A stretch of 17,266 bases of DNA, from contig CAZMOL010000031.1 in NCBI GenBank assembly GCA_964568045.1, forward strand, positions 1-17,266, read 5' to 3'. Every line of letters starts with the position of its first letter. Within the stretch, counting starts at the first letter, position 1. Under the pieces are notes generated by a model that worked only from the letters and a program-made list of their open reading frames with translations, made no database searches and had not been told where the DNA came from. Made by a program: the position numbers and the translations under genes. Below are positions 9,001 through 15,814 of the stretch, piece by piece. The stretch comes from an uncultured Thermotogae bacterium (GTDB lineage Bacteria; Bipolaricaulota; Bipolaricaulia; UBA7950; UBA9294).

Positions 9001-9426
9001 GATCCTTTCATCGGGGACATCGCCGCCAATTGGCACACCAACCAGGGCGTTTTCGCCTACGGTCTGGACATCGCCGGCAATCGCATTGTCGCCACCGCCG
9101 GAAAACCGAACTCATTGGACCTGACTGAATTGACGCTCCTTGCAGAGAACGAGGTTTCCCCGCATCCGATAGATGAGCAGATCAATCTTACCCTCCGGAA
9201 ACCAGCCCAAGTCGATCGACCGTGGATTCACGTCGCCTCGCCACAGCCAGAGATCGCCGGCGGGGGAGGAGGACTACGCCCCACACTGCGCTTCTCCAGC
9301 TACGATACTGAGGCAGGGCTTCAGATGGAGATCTCAACTGAGGGATTTCCACCCGGCACCTACTACGTGTGGATCGCCGGTGAGGAGGGAGAAGCGACCC
9401 TGCTGCCTTTCATCGTCCATCCGTAA
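6073..9426 (+). CDS. Giant secreted multi-repeat cell-surface protein (1117 aa): signal peptide, DUF11-type conserved repeat x4, PKD-like x3, and a C-terminal lamin-tail domain (LTD)
   Basis: N-terminal signal peptide MMRKTARAYSVLPFSLLLCLIVAAVASG. There are four repeats with the DUF11 hallmark (an I-T/V-F-T-Y-T-V-T-N-T-G-E/A-x-x-L block, each followed ~60-70 aa later by DLPGPL/DFPGPL-x-NTA), at roughly aa 45-150, 435-550, 555-660 and 665-760. Three PKD-like repeats of about 90 aa each begin VDAGADK, TVDAGADRS and VADAGVDQ and include GSGSDPDG and a sequence ending TVTDN. The C-terminal module matches the LTD pattern (VIINEIAWAGTPASPSDEWIELRNLGTMPVDLSGWCL ... GAVMLLLNAAGEVVD ... TGATMERTDP). 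SD GAGGG lies 7 nt upstream of the ATG. I found no sortase, PEP-CTERM or S-layer-homology anchor motif. Confidence 0.85.
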   Translation: MMRKTARAYSVLPFSLLLCLIVAAVASGGPLAIGQQAIPDPVARGEILTFAVAITNTGAVAVTDLIFQDPLPTGIDQLNAEYRLNGGGWTAFPVNGIIPLGTIDGGNAVSVEIQARIEHSAPGSLANTITVSDNSGPLASSTLVANVLPSVDAGADKIVGLGGDIILSDASAGDGGDGIAVYSWSDNGGGGSFDDHTALHTTYTAPGLSGVVTLTLTVTDHQGGQASDSLRVRVNTFPTVDAGADRSVDEGAPVTLSDAVASDSDGWITSILWDDRGAGGTFSPSPNVMNPSYTAPVTQSCNGEDLTLTLTVADNWGAQASDTLTLHVTNVNVAPVADAGVDQIVPGGETVALDGSGSDPDGQIVSFAWEQLSGPVVTLSEPNTTQPSFVTPSVSANTTFRFRLTVTDNCGASATDEVEVTVEPGIPPGAAEISVIKVADRSAASLGDRITYTYTVTNTGEVTLYEVRLTDDKLGDLHLGLDRLAAGDTTTATVGATVAESDLPGPLVNTATAAALDETGTPVTAAATASVQLLDPSTKRSSIEVRKEAHDARGFPLSSLSPLVLGDTITYVFTVTNTGETNLTDIVAIDDLLGTVALDRSTLGPWENTRGTLEKSIQESDFPGPLKNTMVATAITPTGQTVTDSSTLSLLGLSGQTKLELAVEANTDRATVDGTIVFTYTIDNQGDTTVSELRLIDDLSGVIPLPTTVLPPGETLAVSSHYDITGEDLSAPLTDTATTTGVDLFGETVSAESAPLVIFLDEVADESARLYGESGVAGAGGVLEGTGTANEKVIINEIAWAGTPASPSDEWIELRNLGTMPVDLSGWCLCWYQKGGTVPDQDLWHRIELSGFIEASPIDLSVRRWGRPEITFVKRKGDDISWQVLDMSWWVAGKDGFEGRGYYLLERKHDGVVGNVIADLIYDIDPPHVLDLPDAGAVMLLLNAAGEVVDRANSEYTDRAGWPAGNARTGATMERTDPFIGDIAANWHTNQGVFAYGLDIAGNRIVATAGKPNSLDLTELTLLAENEVSPHPIDEQINLTLRKPAQVDRPWIHVASPQPEIAGGGGGLRPTLRFSSYDTEAGLQMEISTEGFPPGTYYVWIAGEEGEATLLPFIVHP
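6523..7345 (+). repeat. Three tandem intragenic PKD-like repeat units (about 270-290 bp each) inside the giant surface-protein gene
   Basis: The unit starts at 6523 (gtcgatgcgggtgcggac), 6790 (gtcgatgctggtgcggac) and 7078 (gtagctgatgctggagtggat) are near-identical at the DNA level. Each encodes VDAGAD followed by a sequence ending TVTDN. Confidence 0.55.
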
Positions 9427-9732
9427 GAAGAACACAGCAATGAATGCACAGGAGGTCAGCCCTAAACGTGATTTCTGCCAAGCCGACAGCACGCCCTGTC
9501 TCCTTCCATTAGGAACACGTTCGTAAAGTCTCAATACGTTGGCTCTCCCATCCCCATCAACGGCTTGGGTGATGTTTGTCACTTAACCCTTTCAAAGGGA
9601 GTCCTTGTTTGGTGCCAACAAGACAAGTTTCCATTCCTCCCGCATCGACAGTCCTCGCCACTGATCGGTCTACCCCGTAGGCTGCATAGAGTATGCGATG
9701 AATGACAATTGTAACTTGAAGGAGAGACAGTC

Positions 9733-10386
9733 ATGCGGCATCTGAAGCTCGTTGGTGTAGCTAAGCTGATCCTAGCTCTCGGGCTGTTGATTCTGACTCC
9801 AGTGCGGATGGGTGTTGGCCAACAATCATTGATCAGGTATCAAGGAGAATTTCCGGATGGGAACAGCATGGTATGGGGCACTTGGAGCACTCAAGAGGCA
9901 ACCCATTGGATCAACGATGGCCAGTATCACATCCTGATCGAGCAAGTCAATTACGAGAGCTTGGTTGTGGCCAATGGGCCCGAGTTCTCTAGCTTTTGCC
10001 TCGACGTTGATGCGGCAGTAACCGCCTGTCCAGCAGATAACGCGTACGGGGTTCTATTCCGCTTCGCAGACGGAAATAGTTGCTACGCATTTTTCGTCAG
10101 CGCCGATGGCTATATCAGACTCTGGAAACGTCTCAACGGCAATTGGGAGACAATCGTCCCCCGCAAACGATGTTACTCCGTGAACCTCGGCCAAGCGTCA
10201 AACCACCTAACCGTTGTCGCTGACGGACACAACATGCGCTGCTACATCAATGGCGGTAAAGTTCTCGAGGTCACCGATGCCTCTCTTGCCTACGGCAGGA
10301 TTGGCCTTGTGGCTGCGGTGGACCAGTATCCCGGATTTCAGATAGCCTTTGACAACATCACGGTAAGGACTCTTCAGAGCCAATGA
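9733..10386 (+). CDS. Small secreted protein with a predicted concanavalin-A-like / LamG jelly-roll domain (DUF1080-like)
   Basis: 217 aa. Signal peptide MRHLKLVGVAKLILALGLLILTPVRMGVG. A beta-rich sequence carries the lectin/glucanase-fold hallmarks: an aromatic/Gly-rich core YGVLFRFADGNSCYAFFVSADGYIRLWK, then a single hydrophobic N-G-V-V-L segment, then GRIGLVA ... FDNITVR. Strong SD GAAGGAGAG lies 6 nt upstream of the ATG. The domain assignment is by pattern only. Confidence 0.55.
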   Translation: MRHLKLVGVAKLILALGLLILTPVRMGVGQQSLIRYQGEFPDGNSMVWGTWSTQEATHWINDGQYHILIEQVNYESLVVANGPEFSSFCLDVDAAVTACPADNAYGVLFRFADGNSCYAFFVSADGYIRLWKRLNGNWETIVPRKRCYSVNLGQASNHLTVVADGHNMRCYINGGKVLEVTDASLAYGRIGLVAAVDQYPGFQIAFDNITVRTLQSQ

Positions 10387-10708
10387 TGAACGGCTGTTAG
10401 TTAGTAAGAACGAGCCCTGGTAGCGCTTACCCCAGACAACCTAGGAGACTATCGGTGACCCAGAAGCAGGCGGCGGTTACTGACTGACCTGGCGTCTCCA
10501 ATCTGCGACCGGCCATACTCAATTCAACCCCACACCACGTGATGTCTCAAAAAGAGCAAAAGAAGGACGTCAGCCCACAGATTGTTCCCCTGATTGTGCA
10601 AAGCCATCAAATCTTCAAATGCACTTCACAAACGATACACATCGAAGATGTAAAGTGTTAGACGTTACGAGAGCATATCTCGCACCCCCGATACCAACCC
10701 ACCAAGCC

Positions 10709-10734
10709 GGAGAGGCTCAACCCAGAGCCTCTCC
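10709..10734. terminator. Perfect 10-bp GC-rich hairpin (GGAGAGGCTC-aaccca-GAGCCTCTCC), a likely intrinsic terminator in the convergent intergenic region
   Basis: Inverted repeat read directly from the sequence. It lies 25 nt downstream (minus sense) of the RHH gene stop. On the + strand it is followed by GTTGCCTTCCC, a weak U tract. It could serve either or both convergent transcripts. Confidence 0.4.
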
Positions 10735-10758
10735 GTTGCCTTCCCACGGCTTGTCACA

Positions 10759-10971
10759 TCACAGGTAGCCGAGGTTTCGGAGGCGCTCCCGAATAAGGTC
10801 CACCTCCCGCGCAGTGAGCGTCATGGAGGCATCGCGGGTTTCGGCCACGAGGTCTCGCAGAACGTGGACCACAAACGCGTTGACCGACCTAAAACCCGTC
10901 CCTTGAATGACCTCCTGCAGCCGCTCGTAGAGCGGGCGGGGTATCTTCAGCGTTACACGATCGGTACCCAT
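10759..10971 (-). CDS. Ribbon-helix-helix (CopG/NikR-N-terminal-like) small transcriptional regulator
   Basis: The 70-aa product MGTDRVTLKIPRPLYERLQEVIQGTGFRSVNAFVVHVLRDLV shows a beta-strand then two helices, the RHH fold, comparable to the NikR N-terminus (RVTITLDDDLLETLD..GYNNRSEAIRD). I used the ATG at 10971 rather than the upstream TTG at 11061, which would run through the neighbouring gene's promoter. No clear SD, and the transcript may be near-leaderless. Confidence 0.5.
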   Translation of the reverse strand: MGTDRVTLKIPRPLYERLQEVIQGTGFRSVNAFVVHVLRDLVAETRDASMTLTAREVDLIRERLRNLGYL

Positions 10972-10982
10972 ATTCCCGTTGA

Positions 10983-11011
10983 AGGATAGGACGACTCCGC
11001 GGACAAAACAA
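10983..11011 (-). promoter_or_regulatory. Candidate promoter for the RHH gene: -35 TTGTTT (11011..11006), 17-nt spacer, -10 TATCCT (10988..10983)
   Basis: Hexamers read on the minus strand. The -10 lies about 11 nt before the ATG, implying a very short leader. This is a weaker match than the opposing TauE promoter. Confidence 0.25.
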
Positions 11012-11019
11012 GACATCCG

Positions 11020-11048
11020 TTGACAAGAAGCGACCTGTTTAGTATGCT
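11020..11048 (+). promoter_or_regulatory. Sigma70-type promoter for the TauE/SafE gene: -35 TTGACA (11020-11025), 17-nt spacer, -10 TATGCT (11043-11048)
   Basis: ccgTTGACAagaagcgacctgtttagTATGCTgtttgtag. The -35 is a perfect consensus, and CTGTTT direct repeats flank the -10. It lies 28 nt upstream of the TTG at 11076 and 40 nt upstream of the GTG at 11088. Confidence 0.5.
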
Positions 11049-11075
11049 GTTTGTAGTCCAAATGGGCTACAAAGA

Positions 11076-11837
11076 TTGGGAGGTGCTGTGTTCACCTGGT
11101 ATCTCGTGCCGATTGCGCTCGCTGCGGAGTACGTGGATTCAACCCTTGGGATGGGGTATGGCACGAGTCTCACTCCGATTCTGCTGTTGCTCGGTTATTC
11201 ACCGCTGCAGGTAGTCCCGGCGGTCCTCCTCTCGGAACTTGTCACCGGTCTGTTGGCAGCAGGGCTGCATCATGGAGTGGGAAATGTCGATTTCCGACGC
11301 GGCTCTCCCGATCTTAAAATCGGGCTGATTCTAGGCGGGCTGAGCGTGGTCGGAGCAGTGATCGCGGCGGTCTTGGCGGTGAGCCTGCCAACCAAAGTGG
11401 TCAAACTTTACATCGCTGTAGTCGTCTTGCTGATGGGGTTTCTCATCTTCCTAGGGGGACGCAGGCGCCTGGCTTTCTCCTGGGGTCGGCTTGTTGGGAT
11501 CGGGGCAGTAGCGGCCTTCAACAAGGGCATCTCCGGTGGCGGCTATGGACCCTTGGTCACCGCCGGCCAGATTGTCTCTGGGGTTGGTCCAAAAAGCGCC
11601 GTTGGCATTACAAGCCTTGCCGAAGGGCTGACCTGTGTGGTTGGTGTAGTGACCTACCTTGCTCTTCGGTCGGGAACCTCTTGGGAACTGGCACCACCGC
11701 TATTGCTCGGTGCGATCCTCTCGGTCCCCTTGGCGGCTCTCACGGTGAAGTGGCTTCCAGAGCGCGCCTTTACAGTGGCGATTGGGATGACCGTGTTAAT
11801 CCTGGGAGCGTTGAGCCTGTTCCGTGCACTCTGTTAA
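11076..11837 (+). CDS. TauE/SafE (DUF81) family inner-membrane anion (sulfite/sulfonate-type) exporter
   Basis: 253 aa, about 7-8 TM helices, and a Gly-rich internally duplicated architecture typical of DUF81 (LGMGYGTSLTPILLLLG ... ISGGGYGPLVTAGQ). The start is uncertain between TTG 11076 (the ORF track) and GTG 11088, the latter preceded by GGGAGG with a short spacer. Confidence 0.8.
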   Translation: MGGAVFTWYLVPIALAAEYVDSTLGMGYGTSLTPILLLLGYSPLQVVPAVLLSELVTGLLAAGLHHGVGNVDFRRGSPDLKIGLILGGLSVVGAVIAAVLAVSLPTKVVKLYIAVVVLLMGFLIFLGGRRRLAFSWGRLVGIGAVAAFNKGISGGGYGPLVTAGQIVSGVGPKSAVGITSLAEGLTCVVGVVTYLALRSGTSWELAPPLLLGAILSVPLAALTVKWLPERAFTVAIGMTVLILGALSLFRALC

Positions 11838-12455
11838 GGGAGTCCCGTCAAGGCCACTGCCTTCCTCTAATGGCCTACCAAACTGGTTTTCAAAGACCAT
11901 TTCGGAAAGGGCGCGGCGGTCCTGACGCTGGTAATCGGCGGGGATGCCGATCGGTAGTATCGCTGCTAGTCGAAACTCGTCTGGGGTGAGAAGAATGCTA
12001 TTGAGGCGTGCCCCGGCCGGCGTGTAGATCGTTGCCCCTAGGCCCTCCTGCTCAACCTGCAACAGCATGAACGCGATCGAAACCCATACAGAAGGTACCG
12101 CATAGGGTTCACGCGTCTTATAGAAAACGGCAATGAGACAGGGTGCCTCCTCCAGAAACGGCTTTTGGGACGTAATCCCATGCACTTTCATCCACGCCAT
12201 CAAGTCGGTCGGGGCGTTTCGATGAAAGACGTCCTCGGCCCGCTCGCATTCAGTACGAATCGCCTGTTTCACCGCAGGATCATCGATCACGATGTAGCAC
12301 CACGGTTGGCGATTCGCCCCGGAAGGACTGTGCCTACCTGCCTCCAGAATGCGGACGATCGCCTGCCGCGGCACAGGGCTGCTCTCGAAGTGCCGGACGC
12401 TCCTGCGTTCGCGGACCAGACGAAGCAGCGACCCATCGCTTCGTCCATCGCTCAT
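11796..12455 (-). CDS. Nitroreductase-family flavoprotein (NAD(P)H:FMN oxidoreductase fold)
   Basis: Shows the nitroreductase N-terminal signature RRSVRHF...P..I..ILEAG..PSGANRQPW.Y.V. I chose the ATG at 12455, which lies 1 nt after the TAG of the upstream DUF1015 gene (sense TAGTATG); the ORF-track TTG at 12488 would overlap that gene. The 3' end overlaps the convergent TauE gene by 42 nt. Confidence 0.8.
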   Translation of the reverse strand: MSDGRSDGSLLRLVRERRSVRHFESSPVPRQAIVRILEAGRHSPSGANRQPWCYIVIDDPAVKQAIRTECERAEDVFHRNAPTDLMAWMKVHGITSQKPFLEEAPCLIAVFYKTREPYAVPSVWVSIAFMLLQVEQEGLGATIYTPAGARLNSILLTPDEFRLAAILPIGIPADYQRQDRRALSEMVFENQFGRPLEEGSGLDGTPLTECTEQAQRSQD

Positions 12456-12456
12456 A

Positions 12457-13752
12457 CTACTTGTCGATCTCCATTTTGGATAGGACAAGACCGGTCAAAA
12501 GCTTGGGATAGAAGTCGGTCGACTTCTGCGGCATTTTCTCTCCGCGATCGGCCACCCGGCGTACTTCATCCGCGGTGGTGGGATTCAGCAGGAAAAACAG
12601 CTGTTCTTCGCCCTCGTCCACCATCTTCACGCCGTGTGTGATGTCCACGGTGTAGGTGACGTTTCGCTGCTCCTCGAGCGCTTTTGCATCAATGCCCAGC
12701 ACTCGGTCCAGGATCGCCGTGTGCAGGATGGAGACATCGAGGTGTCTCCAATCGGAGGAACGATCCGAAATAAGGGCATCCATAACGCCAACGTCCCTCA
12801 TCGCCAGCGTAGCGAAAACCCCATTGGTGTAACAGCCGAAGGTATGCCTCCCACGTCCGGCTTTCATCGCCTGTTTCATTTCCGCAAGCGAACCGTGAAC
12901 ACTCACTTCGAAATCTTCTTGCGCCTTGGCAAGAAACGCCTGCGGATCGAAATTGGTGACAGCATGCACAATCCGGTGAATCGGCCGAATGCTCATCCCC
13001 GGCTCATCGATGTTGAACAGGGTCATCATCCGCCCGTCAAACGACTCCGCTGCCGCTGGTTTCCATCCCTTCTCCTGGCACTCACGCATGTAGTTGACCG
13101 CTGTTTCGTAGCGATGATGCCCATCGGCAATGTAGAGATCCTTGTCCGAAAGTGCCAACTGCACCGCGTTAATCACACCAGAATCAGTGACTTCCCACAC
13201 CGTATGGCGATTGCCGAAGTCGTCCATCGCTTCAAGTGTTGAGGCCGTCTCGTCGATGGCCGATTGAAGGGCTTCATCCGCCGCGCGCGTCGGATCGGCG
13301 TACAGCATGAAGATGTGCCCAAAATTGGCCTCCGTCGCCCGCATGAGTCGCAAGCGGTCCTCTTTCGGGCCTTTCAGCGTCCTTTCGTGGGCGTGCACCT
13401 TCTCCGGTTCAAGCTTTGCCAGGGCGATCACGCCTTTGCGCGTAAGCTGCTCGCCCTCGAACATGTATTTTTGATGGTAGGCATAAAGGGTCGGCGCCTC
13501 GTCCCGAACCAAGATCCCGTCTTTTAACCACGCCATAAACGAGTCCGCAGCACGCGTGTAGACATTTTCGCCGTTGTCATTTGGGCTTGGCTTCCCCTTA
13601 GTGATGCGGACGATGTTGTACGGGCTTCGCTCGTACAGAACCGCCTGCTCGCGCTCGTAGATGCGATCGTACGGCGGTGCGACAACGCTTGTGATGTCTC
13701 CGACCTTCTGTCTGTCGTATCGAACACCGCGGAACGGAATGATCTGTGCCAT
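12457..13752 (-). CDS. DUF1015 (COG4198) family protein of unknown function
   Basis: 431 aa. The N-terminus MAQIIPFRGVRYD....VAPPYD and the internal IADGHHRYETA motif are the hallmarks I recognise for DUF1015. SD GGAAGG lies 4 nt upstream of the ATG, and the gene starts 9 nt after the stop of the SerA-like gene. Confidence 0.8.
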   Translation of the reverse strand: MAQIIPFRGVRYDRQKVGDITSVVAPPYDRIYEREQAVLYERSPYNIVRITKGKPSPNDNGENVYTRAADSFMAWLKDGILVRDEAPTLYAYHQKYMFEGEQLTRKGVIALAKLEPEKVHAHERTLKGPKEDRLRLMRATEANFGHIFMLYADPTRAADEALQSAIDETASTLEAMDDFGNRHTVWEVTDSGVINAVQLALSDKDLYIADGHHRYETAVNYMRECQEKGWKPAAAESFDGRMMTLFNIDEPGMSIRPIHRIVHAVTNFDPQAFLAKAQEDFEVSVHGSLAEMKQAMKAGRGRHTFGCYTNGVFATLAMRDVGVMDALISDRSSDWRHLDVSILHTAILDRVLGIDAKALEEQRNVTYTVDITHGVKMVDEGEEQLFFLLNPTTADEVRRVADRGEKMPQKSTDFYPKLLTGLVLSKMEIDK

Positions 13753-13761
13753 TAAACCTTC

Positions 13762-14682
13762 CTAAATGGACTGGGCAAACGCGATGACGATCTGCGCTGC
13801 TTCGTTGCCCACACGGGACTGTGCTTCGACCGTCGATGCTCCGATGTGGGGCGTAAATGATGTGTTCTCCTGCTGGAAGAGCCCCCCGCTGGTATCGGGC
13901 GGCTCGGTGGCGAACACATCGAGCGCAGCTGCGGCAACTTTTCCTCTTTCCAGCGCCTTGCCCAGCGCGGCTTCGTCTATCACGCCGCCACGGGCGCAAT
14001 TGACCAGGCGCACTCCGTCCTTCATCTTGGCAAGTTCCGCCTCGCCGATGGTGGCCCCTTCCTTCGGGTCAAACGGGATGTGCAGAGAGATGAAGTCGCT
14101 CTCGGAAAGCAGCCGATCGAACGAAACCATCGTCACGACCTCTGGCAGGGGACTCTGGTCGACGAATTTGTCAAACGCGATCACCCTCATCCCCAGCACG
14201 TGGGCCTTGCGAGCGAGGGATTGGCCGATGCGACCGATTCCGATAATCCCCAGAGTCTTTCCGTCGATCTCTACACCCTTCAGCGCCTTCTTCTCCCACT
14301 TTCCAGCCTTCAACGATACGGTCCCGCGGCCGATGTGCCGCGCAAGCGACAGCAGGTGTCCCAAGGCAAGCTCGGCGACGGAGTTGGAGCTGGCAGCGGG
14401 AGTATTGCGCACCTCAATCCCCTTTGACCGGGCGTAGTCGACATCCACATTGTCCAGTCCGACCCCGGCACGAACGATCAGCTTCAGATTCGTTCCGGCG
14501 TCGATGACTCCTTGACGCACCTTGGTTGCGCTACGGACCACGATCGCGTCCGCCGACGCAATCTCCGTTGTCAACGACTCAGGGTCAAGGTCCGTCTTGA
14601 CCGCAACATCAAGTCCCGCCTGCTGCATCGCTTTCACCGCAGCATCTGCCAATGGATCCGATACGAGTACTCTGAATGCCAA
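13762..14682 (-). CDS. serA: D-isomer-specific 2-hydroxyacid dehydrogenase, short SerA-like (D-3-phosphoglycerate dehydrogenase or hydroxypyruvate reductase type), without an ACT domain
   Basis: 306 aa. NAD-binding GIIGIGRIGQSLARKAHVLGMRVIAFD, and the catalytic triad in the conserved contexts VNCARGGVIDEAAL (Arg), ALDVFATEP (Glu) and FTPHIGAST (His). TTG start preceded by the SD AAGGAGG with a 5-nt spacer, 10 nt after the stop of the upstream aminotransferase gene. Confidence 0.85.
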   Translation of the reverse strand: MAFRVLVSDPLADAAVKAMQQAGLDVAVKTDLDPESLTTEIASADAIVVRSATKVRQGVIDAGTNLKLIVRAGVGLDNVDVDYARSKGIEVRNTPAASSNSVAELALGHLLSLARHIGRGTVSLKAGKWEKKALKGVEIDGKTLGIIGIGRIGQSLARKAHVLGMRVIAFDKFVDQSPLPEVVTMVSFDRLLSESDFISLHIPFDPKEGATIGEAELAKMKDGVRLVNCARGGVIDEAALGKALERGKVAAAALDVFATEPPDTSGGLFQQENTSFTPHIGASTVEAQSRVGNEAAQIVIAFAQSI

Positions 14683-14692
14683 TTTGGCCTCC

Positions 14693-15760
14693 TTAGATTT
14701 CCAGGACCGTCTCGATCGCCTTTAATAGCCCCTCGATCTCGTCGACCTGGGTGTCTCCCATGTGAGCGATGCGGAATGTCTTGCCCTTGATGTCGCCGTA
14801 GCCATTGGCGATCCTCACGTGATAGTCATTGACCAATGTCTTGATCAGGCCGGCCACATCGACCTCGCGCGTGTTCTTCACACACGTCAATGTCTTGGAC
14901 CAGTAACCCTCCTCCGGATAGATGTCGAAATGCTTCTTCGCCCACGCCTGCACGATAGATGCCATCTTCTCGTGACGCGCAAAGCGAGTGTCCAAACCCT
15001 CCTTGAGCATGTCATCGAGCTGCGCGTCGAGCGCGTACATATGAGGAATCGCCGGAGTTGACGGCGTCTGGTTCTTTTGATGGGATTTGTTCATCTTCAC
15101 AAGGTTGAAGTAATAACTACGCGGTGGAACGGTCTCCGCACGGGCCAGCGCCCGTTCACTGACAGCGGCCACCGCAATGCCTGCGGGAAGGGCGAACGCT
15201 TTCTGCACGCCTGCGAGCACGAAGTCGACCTTCCAGGCGTCGGTCTCGATCTTCACCCCAGCCATTCCGCTGACCGCGTCCACAAGGAGAAGTACATCCG
15301 GGTAGCGGCTCACCACCTCCGCGATCTCAGAGAGTGGATTCATCAACCCTGTGGAAGTCTCGTTGAGAACAACGGTCACCGCATCGTATTTCCCCGTTTT
15401 CAACTGTTCGCCGACCATCTCTGGCTTGATCGCCGTGTCCCAATCAATCGTGAACGCGTCGCAAGGAACGCCGTTGGCGACCGTGATGTCGTGCCAGCGC
15501 TTGGAAAAGGCGCCGTTTATCAGATTCAGACATCGCTTAGCGACGAGGTTCGTCACCGCGGATTCCATTGCCCCTGTCGACGACGACGTGAACAGAAAGA
15601 CCGGATTCTCCGTGTACAAGAGTTTCTGAAGCTTTGTCTGAATCTCACCGTAAAGAGCGGAAAATTCCGGTGTGCGGTGATGAATCTGCGGTGTGGAAAG
15701 TTCTTTTAAGATCTCCGGCCGAACCTCAGTCGGCCCCGGCGTAAACAGCCGAATATGCAT
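14693..15760 (-). CDS. serC: Class V pyridoxal-phosphate aminotransferase (phosphoserine aminotransferase SerC-like, or serine--pyruvate/glyoxylate aminotransferase)
   Basis: 355 aa. N-terminal LFTPGPTEV....HRTPEF, typical of the AGXT/class V family, and a PLP-lysine context AGVQKAFALPAG. SD ACGGAGGT lies 5 nt upstream of the ATG. Confidence 0.8.
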   Translation of the reverse strand: MHIRLFTPGPTEVRPEILKELSTPQIHHRTPEFSALYGEIQTKLQKLLYTENPVFLFTSSSTGAMESAVTNLVAKRCLNLINGAFSKRWHDITVANGVPCDAFTIDWDTAIKPEMVGEQLKTGKYDAVTVVLNETSTGLMNPLSEIAEVVSRYPDVLLLVDAVSGMAGVKIETDAWKVDFVLAGVQKAFALPAGIAVAAVSERALARAETVPPRSYYFNLVKMNKSHQKNQTPSTPAIPHMYALDAQLDDMLKEGLDTRFARHEKMASIVQAWAKKHFDIYPEEGYWSKTLTCVKNTREVDVAGLIKTLVNDYHVRIANGYGDIKGKTFRIAHMGDTQVDEIEGLLKAIETVLEI

Positions 15761-15814
15761 AGTGACCTCCGTAGATGCTGTAGTCGTAAGGCTTTGAGAC
15801 AGATGGTACTCGCG

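Noticed and set aside
9440-9526. 28-codon ORF MNAQEVSPKRDFCQADSTPCLLPLGTRS downstream of the giant gene
   Set aside because: It is the tail of a spurious 117-aa ORF overlapping the giant gene in another frame. There is no convincing SD and nothing distinctive about the sequence.
12634-13242. 202-aa plus-strand ORF antisense to DUF1015 (and 13264..13527, 13598..13999)
   Set aside because: Antisense to a well-supported CDS, with no SD and no recognisable motif.
13766-14437. 223-aa plus-strand ORF antisense to the SerA-like gene
   Set aside because: The opposite strand encodes a dehydrogenase with intact NAD-binding and catalytic motifs. The ORF is Ser/Ala/Pro-rich and low-complexity.
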